Below are positions 11,221-19,880 of a DNA stretch of 64,000 bases, one piece after another. The stretch covers positions 224,001 through 288,000 of the forward strand of contig CM000430.1 of assembly GCA_000165345.1 (NCBI GenBank), in the 5' to 3' direction. The notes below the pieces were generated by a model. It was not told the DNA's origin and ran no database searches. It saw nothing but the letters and a program-made list of their open reading frames with translations. How positions within the stretch are numbered: position 1 is the stretch's first letter; every line of letters starts with the position of its first letter. The translations under genes were made by a program, and so were the position numbers.

Positions 11221-12264
11221 ATGCTTGCATGGATAAAATTGATGTTCAGTATTTATATAATATTTTATATAATTTTTTTCTATATTCAAGTAGTCTATAG
11301 TTTATATTCAAATTTGAGTAAAGGAGCAAACAACCACAAGTACTTTATTTTAAATCCTATACAGTATAATGACTTTGTGCTAAACATTATAAAAAACTCA
11401 GAGGAAACTAGCTCAGAAAGCAGTTTTAGAAGATCTGATAATCTAAACCAAATAATTTCAAGCCAAATTAAAAACATTATTTGCAAGGAATCGGATTTAG
11501 TATTCAGCAATACTGAGACGAATGTAGGCCATAGTACAATTTTGAATTTGACTACTAGCGACAGTAAGACTAATGGAAATAGTGATTACTTGCTTCTATT
11601 TGGTGCCGATAGATGTATTTTGGATTCATCTTTTATAGATGGTAAATTTACCAAGATTAATATTCGATTTATCCCAAACTTGGCGAATCCCACAAAAGAA
11701 GTATATCAAGACAAAATTTGTGATTGTGTCTTCAAAAAAGGAAATGCTGATGAAGGCAGCCCTAGCGAATTCCAGGTTAATTGTAATTCTGATTCATCCA
11801 ATGATTCAAATAAAAAGGTACCAGAAGAACATAATTATCTAGAAATAGGAGGGGCAGCAACTTTAAATATTGCTGATTTAGTTAATCTACCTACCCCAAT
11901 TATAGATAAAAATTCTCAGGTAGGTAGGCAAGTTAAGGTTGAAGTTTCTAATAAATCTCCTTTAAAACCTATAATTAAACCAAACCATATCAAGGCTTCA
12001 AAGCCAAAAGTAAATAAGTTTAACTTTTCAAAATACTTTTGGGAAACTAATAGTGGATTTTTTGGTGAAGGACAAGAAGCTATTAAAAAGTCAAATATTG
12101 AATATTGTGAATCTCACAGCCAAAGCAAATCGTGCGAGGATGAAGAAAGATCTAGAATAGAGAGAGAATTTAGAGAAGGTTGTAATAGCAAGGAACATCA
12201 ACTAATATTAGAAACATTATTAATTATAGTCAATAAACTAGTAGAGTATTTAGACAACAAATAG
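11221..12264 (+). CDS. Hypothetical secreted or membrane protein with N-terminal signal anchor and Cys-containing ectodomain
   Basis: The ORF-track start at 11200 is a TTG. The first ATG (11221) gives MLAWIKLMFSIYIIFYIIFFYIQVVYSLYS (hydrophobic), followed by a Ser/Asn-rich region with scattered Cys and a Lys-rich C-terminus. No recognisable domain. Confidence 0.4.
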   Translation: MLAWIKLMFSIYIIFYIIFFYIQVVYSLYSNLSKGANNHKYFILNPIQYNDFVLNIIKNSEETSSESSFRRSDNLNQIISSQIKNIICKESDLVFSNTETNVGHSTILNLTTSDSKTNGNSDYLLLFGADRCILDSSFIDGKFTKINIRFIPNLANPTKEVYQDKICDCVFKKGNADEGSPSEFQVNCNSDSSNDSNKKVPEEHNYLEIGGAATLNIADLVNLPTPIIDKNSQVGRQVKVEVSNKSPLKPIIKPNHIKASKPKVNKFNFSKYFWETNSGFFGEGQEAIKKSNIEYCESHSQSKSCEDEERSRIEREFREGCNSKEHQLILETLLIIVNKLVEYLDNK

Positions 12265-12395
12265 ATGCAGATATATATATTAATCTAGCAGGTCATTTAA
12301 GTCTAGAAACACAAATGACTTGTTGTTAATTAATTAAGTCAAAACAAACTTAATAAAGTACGATTTAGGAATATTAAGTGATAATAAAAGGCTAT

Positions 12396-14552
12396 TTAAG
12401 AATTAGATCTTCTGAACATTTCCAAAAATTCCTGAAAGTCTATCTCACCATCTCCATCTACATCAACCTCTTTAATCATATTCTTCACATCAGAAAGAGC
12501 CTTATCATTGATTCCCGCAGATCCTTGTTCAGAATTATATGAAAACACATTAAGTAATTCATTTGCTGTAATCTTCCCATTACCATCTTGGTCAAATACT
12601 TTAAAAGCCGCCCAACATACTTGTTCCTTTGAGTATTGTTTACTATCTAAAGTAGCTGCGATGAACTCCGTATAATCAATTGAACCACTTCCATCACTAT
12701 CAATATCATTTAGAATTGCAAGCAAGTCTGAGGGGAGCTCAGTAATCCCGCTATTCTTCAGTCCTGTAATGATTTCTTGTGGAGTTAGAGTTCCATCACA
12801 ATTAGCATCCAAAAGAATAAAGGCTTCCTTTAAATTACTAATTTGGCTCTCTGTCATCTGCTGAGCTATGACAGTAAGGGCAACCTTCATAAAACGATTG
12901 TATTTGTGGAATGCTCTGAAATTAGATAGCAGATTCAGGCCTGAAGAAGATGAAATAGATCTTCTCTTTGACCTACAGTACCTAAGTCCTCCCTTAATAT
13001 AGCCATTTCTTCTCGAACCCATTAAATTGCAATTTCTGGGCTTTTGTTGGCATTCCAAGGCTTTTAGGTTATTAATACTTGAATCAATATAGTCGCTAGA
13101 CACTATGCCTGTTTTCATAAAGCCATCATTGGAGTAGAAATAGTTTCTAGGAGACAGGAAGAGAATGTCATCTGCAAATCTAGTAATCCAGGGATGGTTT
13201 AGTGCATCTCTAGCTGTAATCCTCTCAGACGGATTATAAGTAAGTAATTTTCTGATCAAATCAATAGCAAGAAATGAAACATGCTTCCAGTCCTCCTCTT
13301 TAAAGGCATATACTCCCTTTTGAACTTTATGAAGTATTATACTATCATTACTACCATGAAAAGGTGGATATCCACAAAGTAGAATGTATAGGATAACTCC
13401 TAAGCTCCACATATCACATTGTTTGTCATATTTACCTTGCAATACTTCAGGAGCAACATAATACGGGGTTCCTGCTCGAGTATTTAAAGAGGTATCTTCA
13501 TTGTTAACTCTCGCGGCTAACCCAAAGTCAATAATTTTAAGTGGAGCATTGTAATTCTTATTGAGAAAGAGGAAGTTCTCTGGCTTCAAATCACGGTGAA
13601 CAATCCCATGATCATGACAATAACAAATTGTAGATAAAACCTGCTTCATTAGGTTGGCTGCATAAATCTCATCAAAACTCCCTTGACTAATAATTCTATC
13701 GAAAAGCTCCCCTCCACTACAAAGCTCCATGACTAAATATATATTTTCTTTATCTTGATATGTCTCATAGAGCTTTACTATATTTGGATGATCCAAATTC
13801 TTCAAAATGTTAATTTCCTTCATAAAGTTATCTAACGCTTCCACTCTAGTCAGTGGAATCGTCTTAATTGCTCTGATACAGCCTGTCAATCGGTTAGTAC
13901 CACTTTTAACCGAACCATAAGTTCCTTTTCCTATCCTTCCAGAATCAATAATATAATCTGAGTGTATTGACCCTTTGCATGCAGGAATTAAGCCTTCACG
14001 CCTAAACTTGCCTTCTGTCAAAGATAATTTAGGGCCACTACCTTTTTCAGATTCTGTTGGAGTTGCAGAATTCGAATTTGAGGTGTTTGTTGCTGATACA
14101 TCCGTTATACCCATTACTGTTGTACTTGGTGAAAGTTTAGGGATTGACTCATATTCACTTAAGCTTTCGAAACGGCTTTCATTAGACAACGCCATTTCAG
14201 ATGTTAATTCAATTAAATCACAAATCTCATATTGTTCAAAATAATTATCGTTACCATTTCTATAAGCCAAAGGAGAAGTCGGATCTGAGGTTGAACATGA
14301 TGCTTGACTTTTTCTTTCCTTTGCTAAATACCTGTCTGGCGAATTTCCTACAATATTACCATGGTTAATTAAGCGGTCTACAGCTTCTTTTAAATATTCT
14401 GGCTTTCCATGAGTCATGTTATGTGCTGGGAAATTTCCTCTCTTATTACTTTGTTTTCTTCTAACCTCTTTATTCTTGTTTATTTCTATGGAGTCCTTTT
14501 CATATCTTCTTGAACAAACTCCATTTAATGCGTTTTGGCCCTGTCCCATCAT
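12396..14552 (-). CDS. Calcium-dependent protein kinase (CDPK) with long N-terminal extension
   Basis: 718 aa. Ser/Thr kinase domain (GKGTYGSVK…AIK, HRDLKPENFLF, DFGLA, GTPYYVAPE) followed by a calmodulin-like domain with four EF hands (DANCDGTLT, DSDGSGSIDYTEF, DQDGNGKITANEL, DVDGDGEIDFQEF). An ~250-aa N-terminal extension and an ~100-aa insert lie between kinase and EF hands. Confidence 0.9.
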   Translation of the reverse strand: MMGQGQNALNGVCSRRYEKDSIEINKNKEVRRKQSNKRGNFPAHNMTHGKPEYLKEAVDRLINHGNIVGNSPDRYLAKERKSQASCSTSDPTSPLAYRNGNDNYFEQYEICDLIELTSEMALSNESRFESLSEYESIPKLSPSTTVMGITDVSATNTSNSNSATPTESEKGSGPKLSLTEGKFRREGLIPACKGSIHSDYIIDSGRIGKGTYGSVKSGTNRLTGCIRAIKTIPLTRVEALDNFMKEINILKNLDHPNIVKLYETYQDKENIYLVMELCSGGELFDRIISQGSFDEIYAANLMKQVLSTICYCHDHGIVHRDLKPENFLFLNKNYNAPLKIIDFGLAARVNNEDTSLNTRAGTPYYVAPEVLQGKYDKQCDMWSLGVILYILLCGYPPFHGSNDSIILHKVQKGVYAFKEEDWKHVSFLAIDLIRKLLTYNPSERITARDALNHPWITRFADDILFLSPRNYFYSNDGFMKTGIVSSDYIDSSINNLKALECQQKPRNCNLMGSRRNGYIKGGLRYCRSKRRSISSSSGLNLLSNFRAFHKYNRFMKVALTVIAQQMTESQISNLKEAFILLDANCDGTLTPQEIITGLKNSGITELPSDLLAILNDIDSDGSGSIDYTEFIAATLDSKQYSKEQVCWAAFKVFDQDGNGKITANELLNVFSYNSEQGSAGINDKALSDVKNMIKEVDVDGDGEIDFQEFLEMFRRSNS

Positions 14553-15640
14553 CTCCTTTTCAGAAAAAGCATTTCCTTCCTAAACTTTTACTTTTTTCCT
14601 ATTCAGAATATGTTGTAATTATTTCTATTAATTAATTCCAAATTATTAATTCATATGTCTATCAAACCATTAGCCTCGATGTTTATTCCTTATATGTTTT
14701 ATTATGATTTGAAGAAAATCAAGAATTAGTTTAGAATCACTTTGGGTATTCAACTTAATTTAATTTTTGAGAAAATAAGCTGAATTATATTTGGTTTATT
14801 AATCCTTGTGAACTAATTTGGCTCTTTACATTCATAAATGTTATTTGCCAGATTTACTTCAAGCTTATAAGGGATTATAACCACATTATATAATGAAAGT
14901 TTGCAATACTAATGTTCTAAAGTTTGCATTAATTATTACCTTTCTTTATCTTTTCGCTGATTTTTAATCTATTATTCACGCACGCTAATTTGCTTTGGCT
15001 ATTATTTTTAACTTATTTAACTTGTTATAATAATTATTTAAATAATTGGTTTTAACCGCCTAAACTTTTGTTTTCCATTAGCCATATTACTTATCAATCC
15101 ATTTGTAAAAATGTTAGCGCTCTGAAGAATTCAATTTTGATACTTTAATTATATTGCAAGAAAAATTAGAATTATTAAATAAAAATGTTTTTCTATTAGT
15201 ATAAAAAAAGCTAAAATAATTAGTTATATCTGCTTTATTTCTGAGAAATTCTATTTACAACAGGATGTTAGAGAAGAAAATGTGATTTAAAAGAATGAAT
15301 CTATATATACACACACAAAGATATTCTCGTTAATAAAGCTCAACATAGTTATTTTTAAAAGTCAAATACCTGTACTATCCACTGCATTGCTGTTTCTTTT
15401 TTCCATGAATTCATTCATTAAATTCATTTCCCTTTGCTTGTTTACCCCTTTATTTATTAAAACACTTTTAAAGGCGCCATATGTATCATGTCTATTCTGT
15501 CTCGAAAAATAAATAGCAAATTCATAACTTGAATAGCAATAAATATTGAAAAAATTAGTGTTATAGAGACGTGGGTCAGAGCAAGTCATTTTGGGAAGAA
15601 TTCGTTTATTTATTTGACAAATTAATCCTAACATTTAAAT

Positions 15641-15961
15641 ATGCCACCAAAGGGTGAAAAGAAGACTAAGGAGCAAATTGCAGCAGCAGCAGCAGCAGGA
15701 GGTAGAGCAAAGCGCAAGAAGTGGTCAAAGGGTAAGCAAAAGGATAAGGCAAACCACTCCGTCTTGTTCGACAAGAAGACTGCAGACCGTTTCCATAGTG
15801 ATGTTTTGAAGTCAAGACTTTTGACCCCAGCTGTCGTTGTTAACCAATTAAAGGTTAATGCCAGCGCTGCTAGAGCCATGTTACGTGACTGTGAATCAAA
15901 GGGAATTATCAAGCCAGTTGGAGAACAGACTCACGGACAAATGATATATACAAAGGCATAA
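15641..15961 (+). CDS. RPS25: 40S ribosomal protein S25 (eS25)
   Basis: 106 aa. MPPKGEKKTKEQ…KKKWSKGKQKDKANHSVLFDKKTADR…LLTPAVVVNQLKVNASAARAMLRDCESKGIIKPVGEQTHGQMIYTKA aligns along its length with eukaryotic eS25 (MPPK…KKKWSKGK…VLFDKATYDKL…[21 protein letters not shown]…GLIK…IYTR). Confidence 0.95.
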   Translation: MPPKGEKKTKEQIAAAAAAGGRAKRKKWSKGKQKDKANHSVLFDKKTADRFHSDVLKSRLLTPAVVVNQLKVNASAARAMLRDCESKGIIKPVGEQTHGQMIYTKA

Positions 15962-16156
15962 ATGGAATATTATTGTAAATTTACGTAGTTGATTACTTAC
16001 CATTTATTAAATGTCTGAGTAGTCGAATAGGTTTAAATAAAGTAATTCATTATTTAGTATATTAAATAGTATTCATCTCTGCTAAATGGTCTTATTTGTA
16101 TCTATGTATTTATAAATATTTATGCATAAATTTAATTATTTGCTCTCTAAATTGCA

Positions 16157-17911
16157 TTAAACTACGAGACAGCTATTTTCTATTAAATTATTTAGTAGGT
16201 CTATAGGAGTCTTATTGCGTTGAAGATCGATATTACTCTCACTAGTAGAGAGAGTGCGAATAAACTCTATGTTAAGACTTTGTGAAAACAGTATTATTAT
16301 TTCGTCTAGGAGTCTCTTTGCTCTCTTAAAATCATCAATATAGTCAAAGGTCAATGATTCTTGATATTCTTGTTTCGAAAGTAAGCAATAGGCGACTTGT
16401 AAATTGCTGAATATATGTCTAACTAGAGGCAAGAAAAACGAAATATCAGTAGTATTTAATAATAAATAAAGTATTTTAAGACCACAAAATATCATATAAT
16501 ATCCATTAATTAATTTCCCTTCAAAAAAGCCAACTTTAGATATATTTTTCGGTACAATAGAATCTGTCTCAATTTTAATTGAGTCGTCACATGTATTGAA
16601 TTCATGATTAGTACACAAAAATGACAATTTAGCCCAATTAATTATATTAATTTCTAGTGATGCTTTAATTAATAAATAATATTTTTCATTTGACTCATTT
16701 TTAGAAAACAATAAGGGATTAAAATAGTTGGCGATTAAAGCACAAAAAGAGCTTAAATAATTTATTTCTTGTTTTTCGCTTGAATAATATTTTAATTCTA
16801 TGCTATTTATAATAATAAAAATTCGATTGAACATGTAATCCATCATACTTTGCATCCTATTAAAATACGCATCATCAATCATTTGTTCAATATCTTTAGG
16901 TAAATAACTCAACTCAAGAGTCATTAAATTTTGAATATCTGTAAACATTTCCATATATATTTGAAAGTAATTCCAATATTCTACATCATCTATGCAGCCT
17001 ACCAAATTATAAGGAAATTGGTTACGTATTATTTCATATAATTCAAATTGTAAAAATAAAATAGTCCCACATCTATTATTCTCTTTATTATATGTTTGAA
17101 TAATTTTAAGTGTTTCAGTAAATTTGATAGCAATTAATAGAATACTCTTTTCATATGCACTAGAATATTCATATGTTCCATTGTTAATTTCAGAGTCGTT
17201 AATTTTATTATTCATCAAAAAAAGAGTCTTTATCATTCCAATGATTTTAGAAAATAATATGACTTCCCAAGACCTTTCAATATTCATTACAGTTTCTGCT
17301 TCAAATTGATTTAAATGAATTTTATTTACCATTATTTCAGACTTTCTCTTATATATTTCGTACATTCTAATATAACGGTTCTGAACTAATTCTTCGAGAG
17401 TCTCTCTAGAAACTGAATTAGTATCCTGCAGTAAATAGATATTATTAGAGTTAAATTTAGAAATAGCATGTTCAATTAAGCTTGCAATAGAGTTAAAGTT
17501 GCGAATCGATTCATTCTCAATCAAGTTTGGCTCATATTTGCCACTCACAGCATTCCTATATAAAGTGCAATATTCACCAGTATTATCAGATATCATAAAT
17601 TCACTGTCGATAATCTCAAACATCACAAATAAATCAGAAATGTCAAGCTCTGGTTGAGCTGTCAATTCTAATTCAAAGCTCGTAATAAAAGTATTTGCAA
17701 GCCTCTTGAACGAGTTATAAAGTATTTCAGAAATCTCATCATCGCATAGGTAGTCATATAAATATCCACATACTCTCTTTTTCAAATTTTCATATATTTT
17801 TTCAGAGTTTTCATTTAATGAAAAGTTATCAGAATTGAATGATTTTGCGTTAAATTCTGGCCACTTATTGATATACTTTCTAAGAAAATCCAATAGTTGA
17901 ATACAACTCAT
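16157..17911 (-). CDS. Hypothetical protein, predicted all-alpha
   Basis: 584-aa ORF with ATG start, Asn/Ile/Leu-rich and no low-complexity collapse. I could recognise no catalytic or binding motif. Confidence 0.5.
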   Translation of the reverse strand: MSCIQLLDFLRKYINKWPEFNAKSFNSDNFSLNENSEKIYENLKKRVCGYLYDYLCDDEISEILYNSFKRLANTFITSFELELTAQPELDISDLFVMFEIIDSEFMISDNTGEYCTLYRNAVSGKYEPNLIENESIRNFNSIASLIEHAISKFNSNNIYLLQDTNSVSRETLEELVQNRYIRMYEIYKRKSEIMVNKIHLNQFEAETVMNIERSWEVILFSKIIGMIKTLFLMNNKINDSEINNGTYEYSSAYEKSILLIAIKFTETLKIIQTYNKENNRCGTILFLQFELYEIIRNQFPYNLVGCIDDVEYWNYFQIYMEMFTDIQNLMTLELSYLPKDIEQMIDDAYFNRMQSMMDYMFNRIFIIINSIELKYYSSEKQEINYLSSFCALIANYFNPLLFSKNESNEKYYLLIKASLEINIINWAKLSFLCTNHEFNTCDDSIKIETDSIVPKNISKVGFFEGKLINGYYMIFCGLKILYLLLNTTDISFFLPLVRHIFSNLQVAYCLLSKQEYQESLTFDYIDDFKRAKRLLDEIIILFSQSLNIEFIRTLSTSESNIDLQRNKTPIDLLNNLIENSCLVV

Positions 17912-17982
17912 CGCAAATTACATACTTTTGGCCACAATATTTCTCTAATTAGTCAATTTATTTGTTCATTGACAGAAAAAAG

Positions 17983-17995
17983 TTTGGGCGGGAAT
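17983..17995. promoter_or_regulatory. E2F-like motif TTTGGGCGGGAAT, about 75 bp upstream of the 16157..17911 gene
   Basis: Seen in sequence. It resembles the classical E2F consensus TTTSSCGC. Confidence 0.35.
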
Positions 17996-18050
17996 ATTTG
18001 AATTTGTCAACGATCAAAATGACATGAAATTACATTAAATTTAAAAAAAA

Positions 18051-19568
18051 TTAATGATAAATATTATGAGTTACATTTGTTAAGTTAGCAATATACCCAG
18101 ATATATTTTCCAGTGGAATCTGTGGTATTCCTTCAATTTTATTTAAGTCTATTTGATCAATCTGTCCTTTAGAAAGAGCCCACAAATAATAATATAATAA
18201 AACTGCAATAGGCTGTCCACAGAAACAAAATGTAATCCAAAACAAAACATTGCCAAGAGTCTCTCTTTTTTGAATATAGCTTGATTGGGTCCAAGATGAG
18301 AGTGGGACTTGGAAAACAAAGGCAAGCACGACCCACCCTGTCCATCCGATATCTAATGGCACAACTACCAAATATTCATGAATTAAAGCAGAAAATGTGA
18401 ATACAAGTAAGCCTGAAAAAGAACTACTGAATCCCTTCTTTCTTAATGGCTTGAAAATATGTCTTGTGAGGAAGAAATGAACAGGGAGGTTCCATTTTCT
18501 CCAATACTCTCCAAAATTTCCAGCATTCCACCAGTCAAGATAAAATGCTCTGTCTGCAAAACATGTAATTTCTCCAAGTATATTAAGATAATGGTGAAAT
18601 AGTGAAACAAATCCCAATAACCACACATAAAGAGATGGAATTGAGAGCTTCATAATTCTAGTAGCCATATGGCCTAAAAATTGGAAAATATTCATACTTT
18701 GAATCTCCTTTAATGTAAAAGTGTAGTGCGCAGTCACCATAACATATTGTTCAGTTATTATTTTGATGAGAATAATACATGTAATTAGTTCAATTGTATG
18801 TTTAATCACCTGCAACCACCTTATTCCACCAGTTCTTGGATACCAGAATTGAAAACACATAGTTGGTGCCATTAGAAACCAATAATGATATCTTAATGAT
18901 AGACTTGTTGGATATTTACTCGCAATTTCAGCTTCTGGAGAGGTTCCGCAAACTTCATGGAAGTCTTCATTATTTAATATGCATCTTCTGACATCGTGGC
19001 AAACATGATGAAATGATAAAGTTTTGAAAAACCAAACAAATGAAAAGCTGAGTAAAATTAAAGAAGAGAGAGGATTTGGTGAGTAAAATTTAACGGTTTT
19101 ATATGGAATATAAAGCATCATTAGCATATTAATCATAATTAACACCAGAGATAACCCCCCCGTTATTTTAGGTAAACTAGAATGTGCAAAACCACAATTA
19201 GCCTGATTTGAGTTACTATTTGGCTCGCAGTCATAAATATTGAGTAAAAATATTTTTAAAGAAGCAAGATACTTCTCGAGCAGATAGGAAACAAATACCA
19301 AAGCCAGTAGTTGACAAATACACCATAGAATTGGCCAGTTTTGAATTAAGTCTGTAATTCCCTTGGGAAACGAAACTTTACAGCCATACTTCATTGCATT
19401 TTCCAGTACAACACCCATATTTGTGAACACAAGAATTAATATAAACAGATTAAAAAATCCTTTTAGATTTAGGTCTGCTGAGTTTTTACTTAGAATTGTT
19501 GTGCTCGCCATTTTATGGGGAATATCAAATAACGGTCGACCCCTATAATCTACACCTGAGTTCTTCAT
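18051..19568 (-). CDS. Membrane-bound O-acyltransferase, DGAT1/ACAT (sterol/diacylglycerol O-acyltransferase) family
   Basis: The ORF-track start at 19589 is a TTG; the first ATG is 19566-19568. Multi-pass membrane protein with the DGAT1/ACAT signature FYLDWWNAGNFGEYWRKWNLPVHFFLTRHIFKPL (compare FYRDWWNS…W…WN.PVH.W..RH.Y.P) and a conserved His in a TM segment. Confidence 0.7.
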   Translation of the reverse strand: MKNSGVDYRGRPLFDIPHKMASTTILSKNSADLNLKGFFNLFILILVFTNMGVVLENAMKYGCKVSFPKGITDLIQNWPILWCICQLLALVFVSYLLEKYLASLKIFLLNIYDCEPNSNSNQANCGFAHSSLPKITGGLSLVLIMINMLMMLYIPYKTVKFYSPNPLSSLILLSFSFVWFFKTLSFHHVCHDVRRCILNNEDFHEVCGTSPEAEIASKYPTSLSLRYHYWFLMAPTMCFQFWYPRTGGIRWLQVIKHTIELITCIILIKIITEQYVMVTAHYTFTLKEIQSMNIFQFLGHMATRIMKLSIPSLYVWLLGFVSLFHHYLNILGEITCFADRAFYLDWWNAGNFGEYWRKWNLPVHFFLTRHIFKPLRKKGFSSSFSGLLVFTFSALIHEYLVVVPLDIGWTGWVVLAFVFQVPLSSWTQSSYIQKRETLGNVLFWITFCFCGQPIAVLLYYYLWALSKGQIDQIDLNKIEGIPQIPLENISGYIANLTNVTHNIYH

Positions 19569-19700
19569 TTTCACAAAATCACAAATCAACAGAAAGAATT
19601 ATTTAATATACATAAATCTATATAAATATCTAAATTATTTTTTACTTGGCTATTTGCATTATTAATTCATCCTTTTTTTGTCCTCACACAGTGTAGCGCA

Positions 19701-19717
19701 TTGGCGCCTAAATTTTG
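19701..19717. promoter_or_regulatory. E2F-like motif TTGGCGCCTAAATTTTG, about 115-135 bp upstream of the MBOAT gene
   Basis: Seen in sequence. Confidence 0.4.
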
Positions 19718-19880
19718 CACAGTCTTAATAAGTCCATAAGAAAAATTAGTGAGATGGGAGTGGAAATAAAAGGAAAAATCAAACTTATAATTAAAAGATT
19801 TTCGTGGTAGCTTGTTAGCGATGTTAGTGACTGTTACTTCAATGGAGGGAGTTGGAGACTTAATTATTCTGAACTAACCC

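Noticed and set aside
11083-11510. Small AT-rich ORFs 11083..11289 (-) and 11295..11510 (-) near the 11221 gene start
   Set aside because: They are Lys/Ile/Asn/Tyr-rich products of AT-rich intergenic or antisense sequence, are less than 75 aa, have no motifs, and overlap the better-supported plus-strand gene.
15362-15634. 90-aa minus-strand ORF ending 6 bp from the RPS25 start codon
   Set aside because: Its start would abut the RPS25 ATG, leaving no room for either promoter or 5'UTR. The AT-rich composition gives many chance ORFs of this size. A GTATTT donor-like site was noted but there is no downstream exon with recognisable homology.
15628-15912. 94-aa ORF antisense to RPS25 (and similar antisense ORFs inside CDPK, MCM2, MCM6, cyclase, eIF3L etc. 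listed in the track)
   Set aside because: They are fully contained within, and antisense to, strongly supported conserved genes. The products are low complexity with no motifs, as is typical of shadow ORFs.
18051-19589. ORF-track start at 19589 for the MBOAT gene (and 11200, 23218, 23542, 24890, 35623 for other genes)
   Set aside because: These start codons are TTG or GTG in the sequence. The ORF finder appears to accept alternative starts that are unlikely in a eukaryote, so I moved the starts to the first in-frame ATG or explained them as exon continuations.
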